Below are positions 45,760-55,317 of a DNA stretch of 64,000 nt, piece by piece. How positions within the stretch are numbered: position 1 is the first letter of the stretch; every line of letters starts with the position of its first letter. The translations under genes and the position numbers were made by a program. Under the pieces are notes generated by a model that had not been told where the DNA came from, did not search any database, and was given only the letters and a program-made list of their open reading frames with translations. The DNA lies in the NCBI GenBank assembly GCA_035374585.1, contig DAOSPF010000006.1, positions 5,408 through 69,407 on the forward strand, given 5' to 3'. Source of the DNA: Bacteroidales bacterium (GTDB taxonomy: Bacteria; Bacteroidota; Bacteroidia; Bacteroidales; DTGW01).

Positions 45760-46302
45760 ATGAAAACTTTGATAACTTTATTTATTACGGCATCGCTGAT
45801 TGGATTTGCAATTTACAGTTGCGAAAAGGACAAAGCTAATACCCCACAATCAACGTTTAAGGGTCAACTTATAAGTAAGTCTGCTTGTAAAAGTTTTTTA
45901 AAATCTACAAGAGTGATTACTGATATTACTAATACTCCTGATAGTTTAGTTTGTATAGGATATTCATTTGACAATTCAACTAATAAGCTGTCAATTAAAC
46001 ATATTAACGCTGGGTTTAATTGTTGTCAAGATACTGTTTATTGTAATGTTTCATTAAGTGTTGATACAATACTGATTCAGGAAATCGAGCAAAACCCCAA
46101 ATGTGATTGTGATTGCTTGTATGATTTAAACATCGAAATTCAGGGTGTTGACGCTAAAAAATATCAGATTAAAGTGATTGAGCCGTATGTTGGTGATCAA
46201 AAGAAAATATTATTTGAGATTGATTTGACAAAAGATAAAGTGGGTTCATTTTGCGTGACAAGAAAACAGTATCCTTGGGGTATGAAAAGTCTTAACAATT
46301 AA
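45760..46302 (+). CDS. hypothetical Cys-rich lipoprotein
   Basis: 180 aa. Lipobox ...GFAIYSCEKD. Cys-rich (CCQDTVYC, CDCDCLYD). Confidence 0.6.
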   Translation: MKTLITLFITASLIGFAIYSCEKDKANTPQSTFKGQLISKSACKSFLKSTRVITDITNTPDSLVCIGYSFDNSTNKLSIKHINAGFNCCQDTVYCNVSLSVDTILIQEIEQNPKCDCDCLYDLNIEIQGVDAKKYQIKVIEPYVGDQKKILFEIDLTKDKVGSFCVTRKQYPWGMKSLNN

Positions 46303-46323
46303 CTTTTGCCTACAACCAAGCTC

Positions 46324-46434
46324 ATGTTTTGTGACAAAAATATGGAATATGTGGTCGGACCCGGCGATTTTGAGGTCATGGATGGACGTTCGTCAGATGA
46401 CAACTTGCAAATGGCTACGTTTACAGTATTGTAA
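46324..46434 (+). pseudogene. relic of the C-terminus of a GH3 beta-glucosidase-like gene
   Basis: The 36-codon ORF MFCDKNMEYVVGPGDFEVMDGRSSDDNLQMATFTVL resembles the conserved ...V.PGEFEV.VG.SS.D..L...F.V end of GH3 enzymes. No upstream body is present. Confidence 0.5.
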
Positions 46435-46503
46435 ATAGTTGTTACTGGTTAAAAGTTATTCTTTGCTGTATTGACTCAATGCCAAATAGTTCCTGTTTTA
46501 GCA

Positions 46504-48714
46504 TTATTGTTTTATAAATTTCTTTTTAATTCCACTTACGTTAATCATATAAACACCTGAATTAAGAGAATGTACATCTACCATTGTTTTTCCTGAGAAA
46601 TTTTCTTCGTACACCATTTTTCCTGTTAAATCGTATATTTGTACATAATGCGGCTTTCCATCAGCAATGTCAATAGTAATAAACGTTGTAGCAGGATTTG
46701 GCTTAATGGTTATTTTATTTACATTTTCAGCAATGGTAGGTATTTCTTTAGCTTTAACAACTATGTTAAATTCTTTAGACAGAGTGTCTGGACCAATATG
46801 AACAAGTGCTTTTATTGTTACATTTTTTGAATAGTTAAATGGGCGTGTTACTATTCCTGAGTTTGATACAATAGAAGTGTCGTCCGATTGCCAGATAATT
46901 TTTGTACCTTCTCCAAGAGTGCTGGTCAGTTGTAAATTTGAGACAATACCAGTAGAGTCTTCATTAGAAGCAATACCCAATGCCGATATCGTCATGCTGT
47001 TTATTAATCTTTGTAATGTTTCCAATCTGGATTCGGGTTTAACTAAAACCTTATAACCTTTGCATAATACTGTATCTTCAAGTGGTACCGTGGCAATTAA
47101 ATCAACGCAGGTATCTTTATGCATCCAATTGAACCTCTTTATATTTCCATCAGGAAGTAACAAGGATTTATCTTTGGTATCCCATGAAATTGAAAATTGG
47201 TTGTTATAAAAACTCTTGGCCAAAGCATACTTTGAAAAGGCAATATTATCTGAATAGTTTGTAACTCCTAAAATTTTACTCTTGTCAGACAATGAATCCA
47301 AAACAATTTGATAATAATATTGCCTTGCATTCAGTACTACCAACCATCTTGAAACTTCTTTGGCAGCTTTGTAAATTGAATTACCTTCCTGACGGGCTGT
47401 AACTTTTGTGATACCGGGTATTCCTTTTAGGATGCATTTAGAGCCTGAATTAAAAGCAATATTGGCATTTTCAATGCTAAAATTTACATCCAGTCCTGAA
47501 GTTGCAAAAGCTTTTAAATCAAAAGCACTATCGTTTACAGATTTATATAGAATTGAATCAAACGTAACAGATTGCGGTAAGCCCTTATTGCTAAATGAAA
47601 CCGGGATTTTTCCATCTGTATAACCAATGTGCCAGCTTTTTTCATGGTTTGCCGAATACCATACTTTATAATAATATCCCGAATCGGTCCGGTATGATTG
47701 AAATGTAGGGCGGTATAATTTTGTATCCCATTGTCTGTAATTAATGGCATTGTTAAGGATAGGCGTTTTAAACTCAAGGTCTATTATGTTGGGGGTATCC
47801 ATGTGGCATTGTGCAAAAATGATACATGCCACGTTATATACATTTTCGTAACTACTTGTGCGTGCGGCAATCATAAATTCTATTCTTTTCTCAAAATAGT
47901 TGGGTTTGCACGCAATATGCCAGCTATAAAAACCACTAGAATCTAAAGCATATTTGTTGCTACTGTTTTTACATAAGGTTTCTTCTTCCCAATGTATCCC
48001 ATCGCTACTAAAACAATGGACTAAACGGTTGGGTTTCAAAATGTAAACACCCCAGAAAAGCCATTTATTAGATGCTTCTCGCCAAAAACATGGTGATACA
48101 ATTGTTGCAATATCGCGTGGTTTATATAATTTTACAGTTTCTGGTTCAGTTGACTCTCCATTTTCTTTTATCCGTATCAGTTTTATGGCTCCATATATTG
48201 AATCTTTTCCAACAATAATCAGCCCCCGGTACATATAATATAACCAGATTTCGTTTACATCAGGATTATAAACTATATCAACATCGCAATTATTGCCTGT
48301 TGGAGGAGTGCCTGTTAAAGGAAACTTAAACCCCGTGGGGATTATCCAATTCTTGCCGTCATTGCTTGCGGCTATACATGGGTTTTCTACTAATGCGTTT
48401 GTATTATAGTATGGAGTATAGGCCATCCAGTAACGGTAACCTCCCCATGTCCCACTTGTGTTGACTTCTTTCTGAAAATCAATAATTGACGGGTGCACAG
48501 CTTCTGAAGTTGAATCCGGGGTCGGAAATTGCATTGGAAATTCGGCATTTTGCAATATGGATGATGCCCCTAATGCTTTTGTACTTTTTAAATTTGAAAT
48601 TGTAAATTTTCTGAAATTATCAATAGTGTCAGGGTTGAGTTGTGCTTGATTTTTGTTGTTTAACCCTATTAAAAAAAATGATAGTAGTAATTGACAGTAA
48701 AATAAGCGTCTCAT
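46504..48714 (-). CDS. secreted protein with beta-propeller glycosidase-like N-terminal region and T9SS C-terminal sorting domain
   Basis: 736 aa. Signal peptide. HPSIIDF...WGGYRYWMAYTPY...ENPCIAASNDGKNW. C-terminus IKPNPATTFITIDI...SGVYMINVSGIKKKFIKQ. The gene is AT-rich. Confidence 0.78.
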   Translation of the reverse strand: MRRLFYCQLLLSFFLIGLNNKNQAQLNPDTIDNFRKFTISNLKSTKALGASSILQNAEFPMQFPTPDSTSEAVHPSIIDFQKEVNTSGTWGGYRYWMAYTPYYNTNALVENPCIAASNDGKNWIIPTGFKFPLTGTPPTGNNCDVDIVYNPDVNEIWLYYMYRGLIIVGKDSIYGAIKLIRIKENGESTEPETVKLYKPRDIATIVSPCFWREASNKWLFWGVYILKPNRLVHCFSSDGIHWEEETLCKNSSNKYALDSSGFYSWHIACKPNYFEKRIEFMIAARTSSYENVYNVACIIFAQCHMDTPNIIDLEFKTPILNNAINYRQWDTKLYRPTFQSYRTDSGYYYKVWYSANHEKSWHIGYTDGKIPVSFSNKGLPQSVTFDSILYKSVNDSAFDLKAFATSGLDVNFSIENANIAFNSGSKCILKGIPGITKVTARQEGNSIYKAAKEVSRWLVVLNARQYYYQIVLDSLSDKSKILGVTNYSDNIAFSKYALAKSFYNNQFSISWDTKDKSLLLPDGNIKRFNWMHKDTCVDLIATVPLEDTVLCKGYKVLVKPESRLETLQRLINSMTISALGIASNEDSTGIVSNLQLTSTLGEGTKIIWQSDDTSIVSNSGIVTRPFNYSKNVTIKALVHIGPDTLSKEFNIVVKAKEIPTIAENVNKITIKPNPATTFITIDIADGKPHYVQIYDLTGKMVYEENFSGKTMVDVHSLNSGVYMINVSGIKKKFIKQ

Positions 48715-48868
48715 TAAAAATCTGTTTTAAATTTCTTTTTGCTAATATATTTTAAGAAAACAGTCTTTTTGTATTCCCCCTTTGTTTCTAATTTTTTTCT
48801 AATCTGCGTTTAATACCATTCTAATTCCTCAATGATTTCTTTGTGACAAACTATAAATTACATGTGTT

Positions 48869-49207
48869 ATGGAATTGGAGAGAAAGAAACGGTTTACTTT
48901 GGCAATTTTACTTGCCCTTTCATTAGTTTTTAGTGGGATCTTGTTTTACATGTATAGGTCTTTAAAGCATGATTGCTCAATAGACAAATCTGTTTTAACT
49001 ACCGAAAAATCAATGTTAAAGCAAAGCAATAACGAACTGGCTGCTGAAAAGCGGGCCCTGTGTGATGAGAACTTTGAACAGAAAGAAAAAATTGAAAGGA
49101 TGATGGAAACTTTCAAGCCTGAAAAGAAGTTTACTAAAGGCATTTATAAATTTTCCATTATGAAAGGTACTGAGACTGTTTCAACCATGCAGTTTCAGCT
49201 AAAATAA
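48869..49207 (+). CDS. hypothetical membrane-anchored coiled-coil protein
   Basis: 112 aa. One TM helix, then a charged helical segment. A terminator follows. Confidence 0.5.
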   Translation: MELERKKRFTLAILLALSLVFSGILFYMYRSLKHDCSIDKSVLTTEKSMLKQSNNELAAEKRALCDENFEQKEKIERMMETFKPEKKFTKGIYKFSIMKGTETVSTMQFQLK

Positions 49208-49222
49208 CGGTTGTGTTCTGTT

Positions 49223-49263
49223 GCCCGGAGATTGGCATAATTTTGCCTCTTCGGGCTTTTTTT
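49223..49263 (+). terminator. intrinsic terminator
   Basis: GCCCGGAG...CTTCGGGC stem followed by TTTTTTT. Confidence 0.65.
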
Positions 49264-49279
49264 AATTTTTTGTAAAGCC

Positions 49280-49792
49280 ATGAAAAAGTCAATTACCCTT
49301 ATATTAAGTTTAGCATTTGTCAGTTTTTATGCAACATCCCAGTCATTGTATAAGATTGGCCATATCAACACCCAGGAGTTAATAGAATTAATGCCTGAAA
49401 CAGACAGTGCTCAAAAGAAAATCGACAAGCTTTATAAAGACCTTCAACAGCAACTGGAACTCATGCAGACTGAGTTAAAGGTGAAATACCAGGACTATAT
49501 CAACAAAAAAAATACATTCTCGGAGTCCGTTTTAGAGCTTAAAGAAACTGAATTACAAGACCTTAATGCCCGCATTCAAAAATTTCAAACCTTGGCACAA
49601 GATGAGGTTGAGAATAAGCGAAACGATTTGTATAAACCCATACTCGACAAAGCCAATGCCGCAATATCTGCGGTTGCTAAAGAAAATAGCTTTACCTACA
49701 TATTTGATGCAAGCGGAGGGGCTTTGCTATATAAAGCTGATAACAGCATAGACATAATGCCGTTAGTGAAACAAAAGTTGAAATTACGTTGA
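49280..49792 (+). CDS. OmpH/Skp-family periplasmic chaperone
   Basis: 170 aa. Signal peptide, then the long helical Q/E/K-rich region typical of OmpH. Confidence 0.87.
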   Translation: MKKSITLILSLAFVSFYATSQSLYKIGHINTQELIELMPETDSAQKKIDKLYKDLQQQLELMQTELKVKYQDYINKKNTFSESVLELKETELQDLNARIQKFQTLAQDEVENKRNDLYKPILDKANAAISAVAKENSFTYIFDASGGALLYKADNSIDIMPLVKQKLKLR

Positions 49793-49829
49793 TCTATTTT
49801 TATAACTTTATCAAAAACATATTTTTCCT

Positions 49830-50246
49830 ATGAATACTATATCGCTTAAACTCTTCTTTATTGAATTTCAAAGAAATGAGATAACCGATCACCTTATTTA
49901 TTGCCGCTTAAGCAATTTAACAAAAGACTATTCGCTCAAAGAACTTTTAGAAAAAATTGCTGATGACGAGATGAAACATTACTCCTTTTGGAAAGAATAC
50001 ACCAATAAAGATGTAAAACCATATTATTTTAAGCTGTTTTGGTACGGTTATATTATGCCATTTGTAAGTAAAAAGTTGGCCCTGCGGTTTATGAAACGGC
50101 TCGAAAACTATGCCCACCTTGAATATACAGCCAATCTTCTCAATGAAGTTGAAGGGCAATGGATTATTAATGATGAAAGCTTGCACGAAAAAATGTTAAA
50201 CCAGGTGTTGGAAAATGATTATTTATCCAAAACTGTCGAAGAATAA
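49830..50246 (+). CDS. ferritin-like/rubrerythrin-like domain protein
   Basis: 138 aa. EITDHLIY ... DEMKHYSFW ... E..H spacing suggests a di-iron four-helix bundle. Confidence 0.5.
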   Translation: MNTISLKLFFIEFQRNEITDHLIYCRLSNLTKDYSLKELLEKIADDEMKHYSFWKEYTNKDVKPYYFKLFWYGYIMPFVSKKLALRFMKRLENYAHLEYTANLLNEVEGQWIINDESLHEKMLNQVLENDYLSKTVEE

Positions 50247-50264
50247 AATACTTAGTTTTGACGT

Positions 50265-50963
50265 ATGACAGTCGGAAAAAAAATACTAATTGTTGAAGAT
50301 GAAAAAAGGCTTGCCGATATCCTGAAAACCGGTTTTGACGAAAATGGTTTTGCTGTTGAAATTGCTTATGATGGGTATATTGGCAAAGAAATGTTTTCAA
50401 AAAACAAATATGACCTTGTCATCCTGGATATTAACCTGCCTTTAATAAATGGCTATGAGCTGTGCAAAGCTATTCGTATAGTTAATAATAATGTACCCAT
50501 TATCATGCTCACGGCCATGGGGGCTGCTGAGAACAAATTAACAGGTTTTGAGGTAGGGGCTGATGACTATGTGACAAAACCTTTTAATTTTAAAGAGCTA
50601 CTGGCCAGGGTGAGAGTATTTTTAAAACGTTCTTCAACCATTGAGGTGGTAAATGATGAGATGATACAAATTGACGATTTAATTATTAATACAAGTAAAA
50701 AAACAGTCTTTAGAGGAAATACCCAGATTGAACTTACGGCAAAAGAATATTCATTACTTGCATACCTGGCAAAAAATAAAGGAATTGTAATATCCAGAAC
50801 TGATATAGCTGAGAAAATCTGGGGGTTGAAATTTGACACCGGGACAAACTATATTGACGTTTATATTAATTATTTAAGAAGAAAAATTGATTATGGTTTT
50901 TCGAATAAACTCATTCATACAAGAGTAGGTTTAGGTTATGTGCTAAAAAATGAAAATGAATAG
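50265..50963 (+). CDS. OmpR-family response regulator
   Basis: ILIVEDE...DLVILDINLP receiver domain and a winged-helix C-terminus (LTAKEYSLLAYL...HTRVGLGY). Confidence 0.93.
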   Translation: MTVGKKILIVEDEKRLADILKTGFDENGFAVEIAYDGYIGKEMFSKNKYDLVILDINLPLINGYELCKAIRIVNNNVPIIMLTAMGAAENKLTGFEVGADDYVTKPFNFKELLARVRVFLKRSSTIEVVNDEMIQIDDLIINTSKKTVFRGNTQIELTAKEYSLLAYLAKNKGIVISRTDIAEKIWGLKFDTGTNYIDVYINYLRRKIDYGFSNKLIHTRVGLGYVLKNENE

Positions 50964-50965
50964 CC

Positions 50966-52339
50966 ATGAATATTCGCCTTAAACTCTCCATCCAGTTTTC
51001 ATTGATTGTAATATCCATTTTATTGGTATTCACTACAAGTATATATTACTTTTCTTCTTCATATCGCAAAAATGATTATTACAACAGGATTAAAGACAGG
51101 GCATATACAACAGCACGCCTGCTTCTTGATGTCCAAGAGGTTGATAAATCTCTCCTTAAAATTATCGACAAAAATACACAAGCCCTCTACCAGGAAAAAA
51201 TCCTGTTTTATGACCAAAACAATGAATTGGTGTATAGTACCACTGATGATTCGGTTAAAATAAACCTTCCTTTAATTAATGAAATAAGGGCAGCTCAAAC
51301 TGTTGAAACTAATGATAGCCTTCGCGAAGTTTTAGGTTTTCTTTACAAATACAATAATCAGGAATATGTTGTTATAGCTTCAGCTTATGACATCTATGGA
51401 TTGGCTAAAATCAAAAACCTAAAATTTATTTTAATTGTCGGGTTCTTAATCAGCATAATAATTACCATTATAGCAGGCTTAATATTTTCTGGCCGTGCCC
51501 TTAAACCAATGTCTAAAGTAATTAACCAGGTGAAAAAAATTACCATCACTAACCTGAATTCAAGGGTTGATGAAGGAAATTGTAAAGACGAGATAGCTCA
51601 GTTAGCAATTACTTTTAATCAAATGTTGCAGCGGCTTGAAGAGGCTTTTATTCTTCAGCGTGATTTTGTTTCTAATGCAGCTCACGAGCTGCGTACACCT
51701 TTTACTGTCATGCTCGCCGAAGTTGAATACAACCTTTTACAGGAGAGGACTAAAGCCCAATATGTTAATACGTTGACTAATTTGGCCATTGAAATTAGAA
51801 AAATTAGTAAACTTTCCAATGGACTGCTCGACCTTGCCAGGATAAGTTATGATAATTCTGCTTTTGAAATTAACACAATACGGATAGATGAACTTTTATT
51901 AGAAATTTGTAATGATATTTCTGACATTAAAAAAGAACACCATACCAACATTACTTTTAAATCGTTGCCCGAAGATGATAACGATTTGAATATCCTTGGA
52001 AATGCACAACTTTTATCTATCGCTTTTAAAAACATTATTGAAAACGCAAGTAAGTTTTCAAACTATAATGTTGTCGATATTGATTTTTATTCGTTAGGTA
52101 AAAATATACTCATTCAGTTTAAAGATAAAGGGATAGGCATTTCACCAGATGATATACATAAGATATTTCAACCTTTTTACCGTGGCAAAAATACGCAATT
52201 TATTGCAGGTTATGGGCTTGGGCTGGCATTAACCCTCAAAATTATCCAGCTACATAACGGGACAATTGATATTACTTCTGAATTAGGCGTTGGAACTACT
52301 GTAACTGTTACTTTGCCCAACAAAGCAAGTTTTATTTAA
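50966..52339 (+). CDS. sensor histidine kinase (2 TM, HAMP, HisKA, HATPase_c)
   Basis: H-box SNAAHELRTPFT, N-box IENASKFS, G-boxes DKGIGI and GYGLGLAL. Confidence 0.92.
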   Translation: MNIRLKLSIQFSLIVISILLVFTTSIYYFSSSYRKNDYYNRIKDRAYTTARLLLDVQEVDKSLLKIIDKNTQALYQEKILFYDQNNELVYSTTDDSVKINLPLINEIRAAQTVETNDSLREVLGFLYKYNNQEYVVIASAYDIYGLAKIKNLKFILIVGFLISIIITIIAGLIFSGRALKPMSKVINQVKKITITNLNSRVDEGNCKDEIAQLAITFNQMLQRLEEAFILQRDFVSNAAHELRTPFTVMLAEVEYNLLQERTKAQYVNTLTNLAIEIRKISKLSNGLLDLARISYDNSAFEINTIRIDELLLEICNDISDIKKEHHTNITFKSLPEDDNDLNILGNAQLLSIAFKNIIENASKFSNYNVVDIDFYSLGKNILIQFKDKGIGISPDDIHKIFQPFYRGKNTQFIAGYGLGLALTLKIIQLHNGTIDITSELGVGTTVTVTLPNKASFI

Positions 52340-52371
52340 TACTCATCTGACAATATTATTTTTTTGTGTAT

Positions 52372-52402
52372 AAAAAAAGGGCAGTAATCAAAATTACTGC
52401 CC
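52372..52402 (-). terminator. hairpin with T-run on the minus strand
   Basis: GGGCAGTAAT/ATTACTGCCC 10-bp stem with a CAAA loop. The A7 on the plus side gives U7 on the minus strand. Confidence 0.5.
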
Positions 52403-52526
52403 CCTAACACAAATTTACCTAGAAAACCCTTTAAAGGATTCGTATTTCTTTGTCAAATTTACCTGTAATAAACCTTGATTACAATCTTTTCTTATTAGAA
52501 TAAGATTAGAATACATTGTTGTCTGG

Positions 52527-52690
52527 TACAAACAGGTCGCCGCTATGCAGCTTAGGAACATTTGGTGTATTGGGTTATCCTACAAACTGGTCGCAGCTAC
52601 ACTGCTATTATTTGGTCGCGTAGCGACGTTTTGTTTGTAGTAATTTAAACATCGTTAAAATAAAGCCCCGGCGGGGCGACCAGTTTCTAA
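52527..52690. repeat. nested-palindrome hairpin repeat cluster (MITE/REP-like)
   Basis: Outer imperfect IR AAACAGGTCGCC / GGCGACCAGTTT. Inner palindrome CTACAAACTGGTCGC...GCGACGTTTTGTTTGTAG. Short-loop hairpins GTCGC-GTA-GCGAC and GCCCC-GGC-GGGGC. Confidence 0.65.
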
Positions 52691-52799
52691 TCAACAATAT
52701 AACTAGTATTTATTGTATCTGTTTTATTTTACCGGACAACATTGATTAGAATGTTTAAAACATAGAATGTTTTATATGAGATTCTGAGTCTGATTACTT

Positions 52800-53315
52800 T
52801 TAATCATGGGTACTCATAATGTTAGCGTTTATTTTTTCTAACATCTTCCAAAGGGTTTTCAATTCGGCCGGCCCGTCTGTCATTAAATCAAACATTACTT
52901 TGTGCCTGTCATTTCTGGTTTTTACTATTATCCATCCGGCACCTCCATCGCAGCAGTCGGGGCATCCATAGATGGTGTCGAGTTGGGCAAAATTGATTTT
53001 TTTTACTTCATTAACAATACTGTCCCATTTTGCTGTAGTAATGTATTTTGTATATTGTTTTGTAGGGTATTTGTCTTTATGCCAGCTTGAAATAGTAATA
53101 TTTGCAGTGGTCCCGGACAGTTCAATTTCGTGATGACAGTATCCATAACATTCTCCAAAAGAAGTTCCATAGTTTATACTAAGGCTATCGTTCATATTGG
53201 TGAGGTAAGATTTTTTTTCTTTTTCGCATGAAACCATAAACAAATAAATGCAAGCAATCATAATAGGGATAATGAGCGTGGCCCCTAAAGCGACAATAGC
53301 AATTTTTGTTTTCAT
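52800..53315 (-). CDS. hypothetical membrane-anchored Cys-rich protein
   Basis: 171 aa. N-terminal TM or signal anchor, with CYGYCHH and CPDCCDGG motifs. Confidence 0.55.
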   Translation of the reverse strand: MKTKIAIVALGATLIIPIMIACIYLFMVSCEKEKKSYLTNMNDSLSINYGTSFGECYGYCHHEIELSGTTANITISSWHKDKYPTKQYTKYITTAKWDSIVNEVKKINFAQLDTIYGCPDCCDGGAGWIIVKTRNDRHKVMFDLMTDGPAELKTLWKMLEKINANIMSTHD

Positions 53316-53373
53316 ACAGCAGGTTAGTTTGTGTTTTTATAAAGACCCGACAAAACAAAAAGGTTGCTTATAA

Positions 53374-53407
53374 AAACAAAAAAACCTTCCAGGTTCTCCG
53401 GGAAGGT
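53374..53407 (-). terminator. intrinsic terminator after GH43
   Basis: ACCTTCC...GGAAGGT stem with a T-run on the minus strand. Confidence 0.7.
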
Positions 53408-53432
53408 TTTTGATAAGATTCTCTGAGATTAC

Positions 53433-54440
53433 TTATTTGTATGCAGTCACAGTTTCAATAGTACCATCTGGTCTGTGTTTAAGTTCTACTACTTTTATGC
53501 AGCGCAGGCGAGTCTCTCCATTTGAAAGACTGCTATCGTGATAATAAAGGTACCATTTGCCTTTAAACTCAACAACTGAATGGTGGTTGGTCCATCCAAT
53601 AACAGGATTTAATAATATCCCTTTGTAAGTAAAAGGGCCATAAGGATTGTCACCAATAGCGTAGCAGATAAAATGTGTATCACCTGTAGAATAAGTAAAA
53701 TAATATTTACCATTGTATTTGTACATCCAAGGGGCTTCAAAATACCTGCGGTTGTGATCGCCGGCAAGAAGTGGTTTGCCATTTTCGTCAAGGATAACAA
53801 CGTCTTTTGGCTTCTCGTCAAACTCAAGCATGTCGTCTGTCAAACGGGCCACTTTAGCGCATAATGCAGGCTGGTCGTCAGCAGGTTCAAGGTCGAAAGG
53901 CGTTTTTACATTTTCAACAAACTTGCCAGTTTGCCAGCGTTGAAGCTGTCCTCCCCAAATACCTCCAAAGTAAAGGTATGCTTTGCCATCATCATCTACA
54001 AAAGCGCATGGGTCTATGCTAAAGCTTCCTTTGATGGGCTCAGGCTGTGGCTTAAACGGCCCTGCAGGGTTGTTGCTTGTTGCTACCCCAATACGGAATG
54101 CGCCATCTTTTGCTTTTGCTGGAAAATAAAAATAATATGTACCATTTTTGTAAGCAGCATCAGGGGCCCACATTTGTCTTTCGGCCCATGGAACATCCTT
54201 TACATGCAATGCTACGCCATGGTCTTTGGCTTCTTTGTCTGTAGGTGAATCCATTGAGAATACGTGATAGTCTTCCATGCAGAAGTGCCCGCCAAAATCG
54301 TCTTCCGGAACATCTACATCAATATCATGTGAAGGGTAGATGTAGATTTTGCCTTCAAAAACATGAGCAGAAGGATCTGCTGTGTAAATATGTTTTACTA
54401 AAGGTTCTGAAATAGGCGTTAATTTTTTTTCGTCTGCCAT
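53433..54440 (-). CDS. glycoside hydrolase family 43 (xylosidase/arabinofuranosidase-like)
   Basis: 335 aa. IYTADPSAHVFEGKIYIYPSHD, WAPDAAYKNGTYYFYF, YFEAPWMYKYNGKYYFTYS. Confidence 0.9.
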   Translation of the reverse strand: MADEKKLTPISEPLVKHIYTADPSAHVFEGKIYIYPSHDIDVDVPEDDFGGHFCMEDYHVFSMDSPTDKEAKDHGVALHVKDVPWAERQMWAPDAAYKNGTYYFYFPAKAKDGAFRIGVATSNNPAGPFKPQPEPIKGSFSIDPCAFVDDDGKAYLYFGGIWGGQLQRWQTGKFVENVKTPFDLEPADDQPALCAKVARLTDDMLEFDEKPKDVVILDENGKPLLAGDHNRRYFEAPWMYKYNGKYYFTYSTGDTHFICYAIGDNPYGPFTYKGILLNPVIGWTNHHSVVEFKGKWYLYYHDSSLSNGETRLRCIKVVELKHRPDGTIETVTAYK

Positions 54441-54605
54441 AATATTTAATTTTTAGTTTGAATTAATGTATTTTTTTGAATTCCCCAAAAGTATAAAAAT
54501 ACTTCTTTTCAACTAAGAATGAAAGGAGGAATAATAAGTCAAAAAAGGGTAACTTTTTAATTTTAATCTGGACGACATTAGTAAATGAAAGATTATTAAT
54601 AGAAG

Positions 54606-55307
54606 TTATTGAATTTCTTCAATTATCCATTCTAAATTGTCATTAATGATGAAAGATGCCGGATACGATTGCCAGTTGCCTTTTTTGTTTATAATTTCGT
54701 CTATGATAAGCTTTTTGTCGCTGCCAGTGATGATAAAACATACTTCATTGGCGTTGTTAATGGTTTTTCCGGTAAGGGTAATGCGTTTTTGACCGGTATG
54801 AGGATTGACGCTGGTAGTATAAGCCTCGTCAAGGTTAAAAAGTTCGAGTTGACCGGGGAAAATAGAGGCAGTGTGTCCGTCGGTCCCCATGCCCAAAAGT
54901 ATCAAGTCAAAAACTGGCAGGTTGTTTTTTTGAGGAAGTTTACTTTGTACTAATGAATTTAATATAAATACTTCTTCGTGGGGCTTATTATCCCCTACAA
55001 TGGGGAATACATTGTCCTGGGTTGTTAAAACTTTATCAAAAAAAAGGCGTTTAGCCTCTCCATAATTACTTTCGCTGCTTGATGACGGGACACAACGTTC
55101 GTCCACCCAATAAAATGAAATATTTCGCCAGTTTATTTCATTCTTAAAGTGTGAGCTCCAATGTTTAAATATCTCTTTTGGGGTATTGCCTCCAGAAATA
55201 GCTATATTTATAGTGCTTTTCTTTGCGTCAAGCTTTTTGTCCAGCTTATGGGCAATGTACGAGGCAATTTCAAATGTATTGCGAAGTGTTGTAATTGTAG
55301 GGCCCAT
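54606..55307 (-). CDS. pgl: 6-phosphogluconolactonase
   Basis: Start at MGPTITT. It has AISGGNTP, WVDERCVP and LGMGTDGHTASIFPG. Confidence 0.88.
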   Translation of the reverse strand: MGPTITTLRNTFEIASYIAHKLDKKLDAKKSTINIAISGGNTPKEIFKHWSSHFKNEINWRNISFYWVDERCVPSSSSESNYGEAKRLFFDKVLTTQDNVFPIVGDNKPHEEVFILNSLVQSKLPQKNNLPVFDLILLGMGTDGHTASIFPGQLELFNLDEAYTTSVNPHTGQKRITLTGKTINNANEVCFIITGSDKKLIIDEIINKKGNWQSYPASFIINDNLEWIIEEIQ

Positions 55308-55317
55308 GATATTAAAG

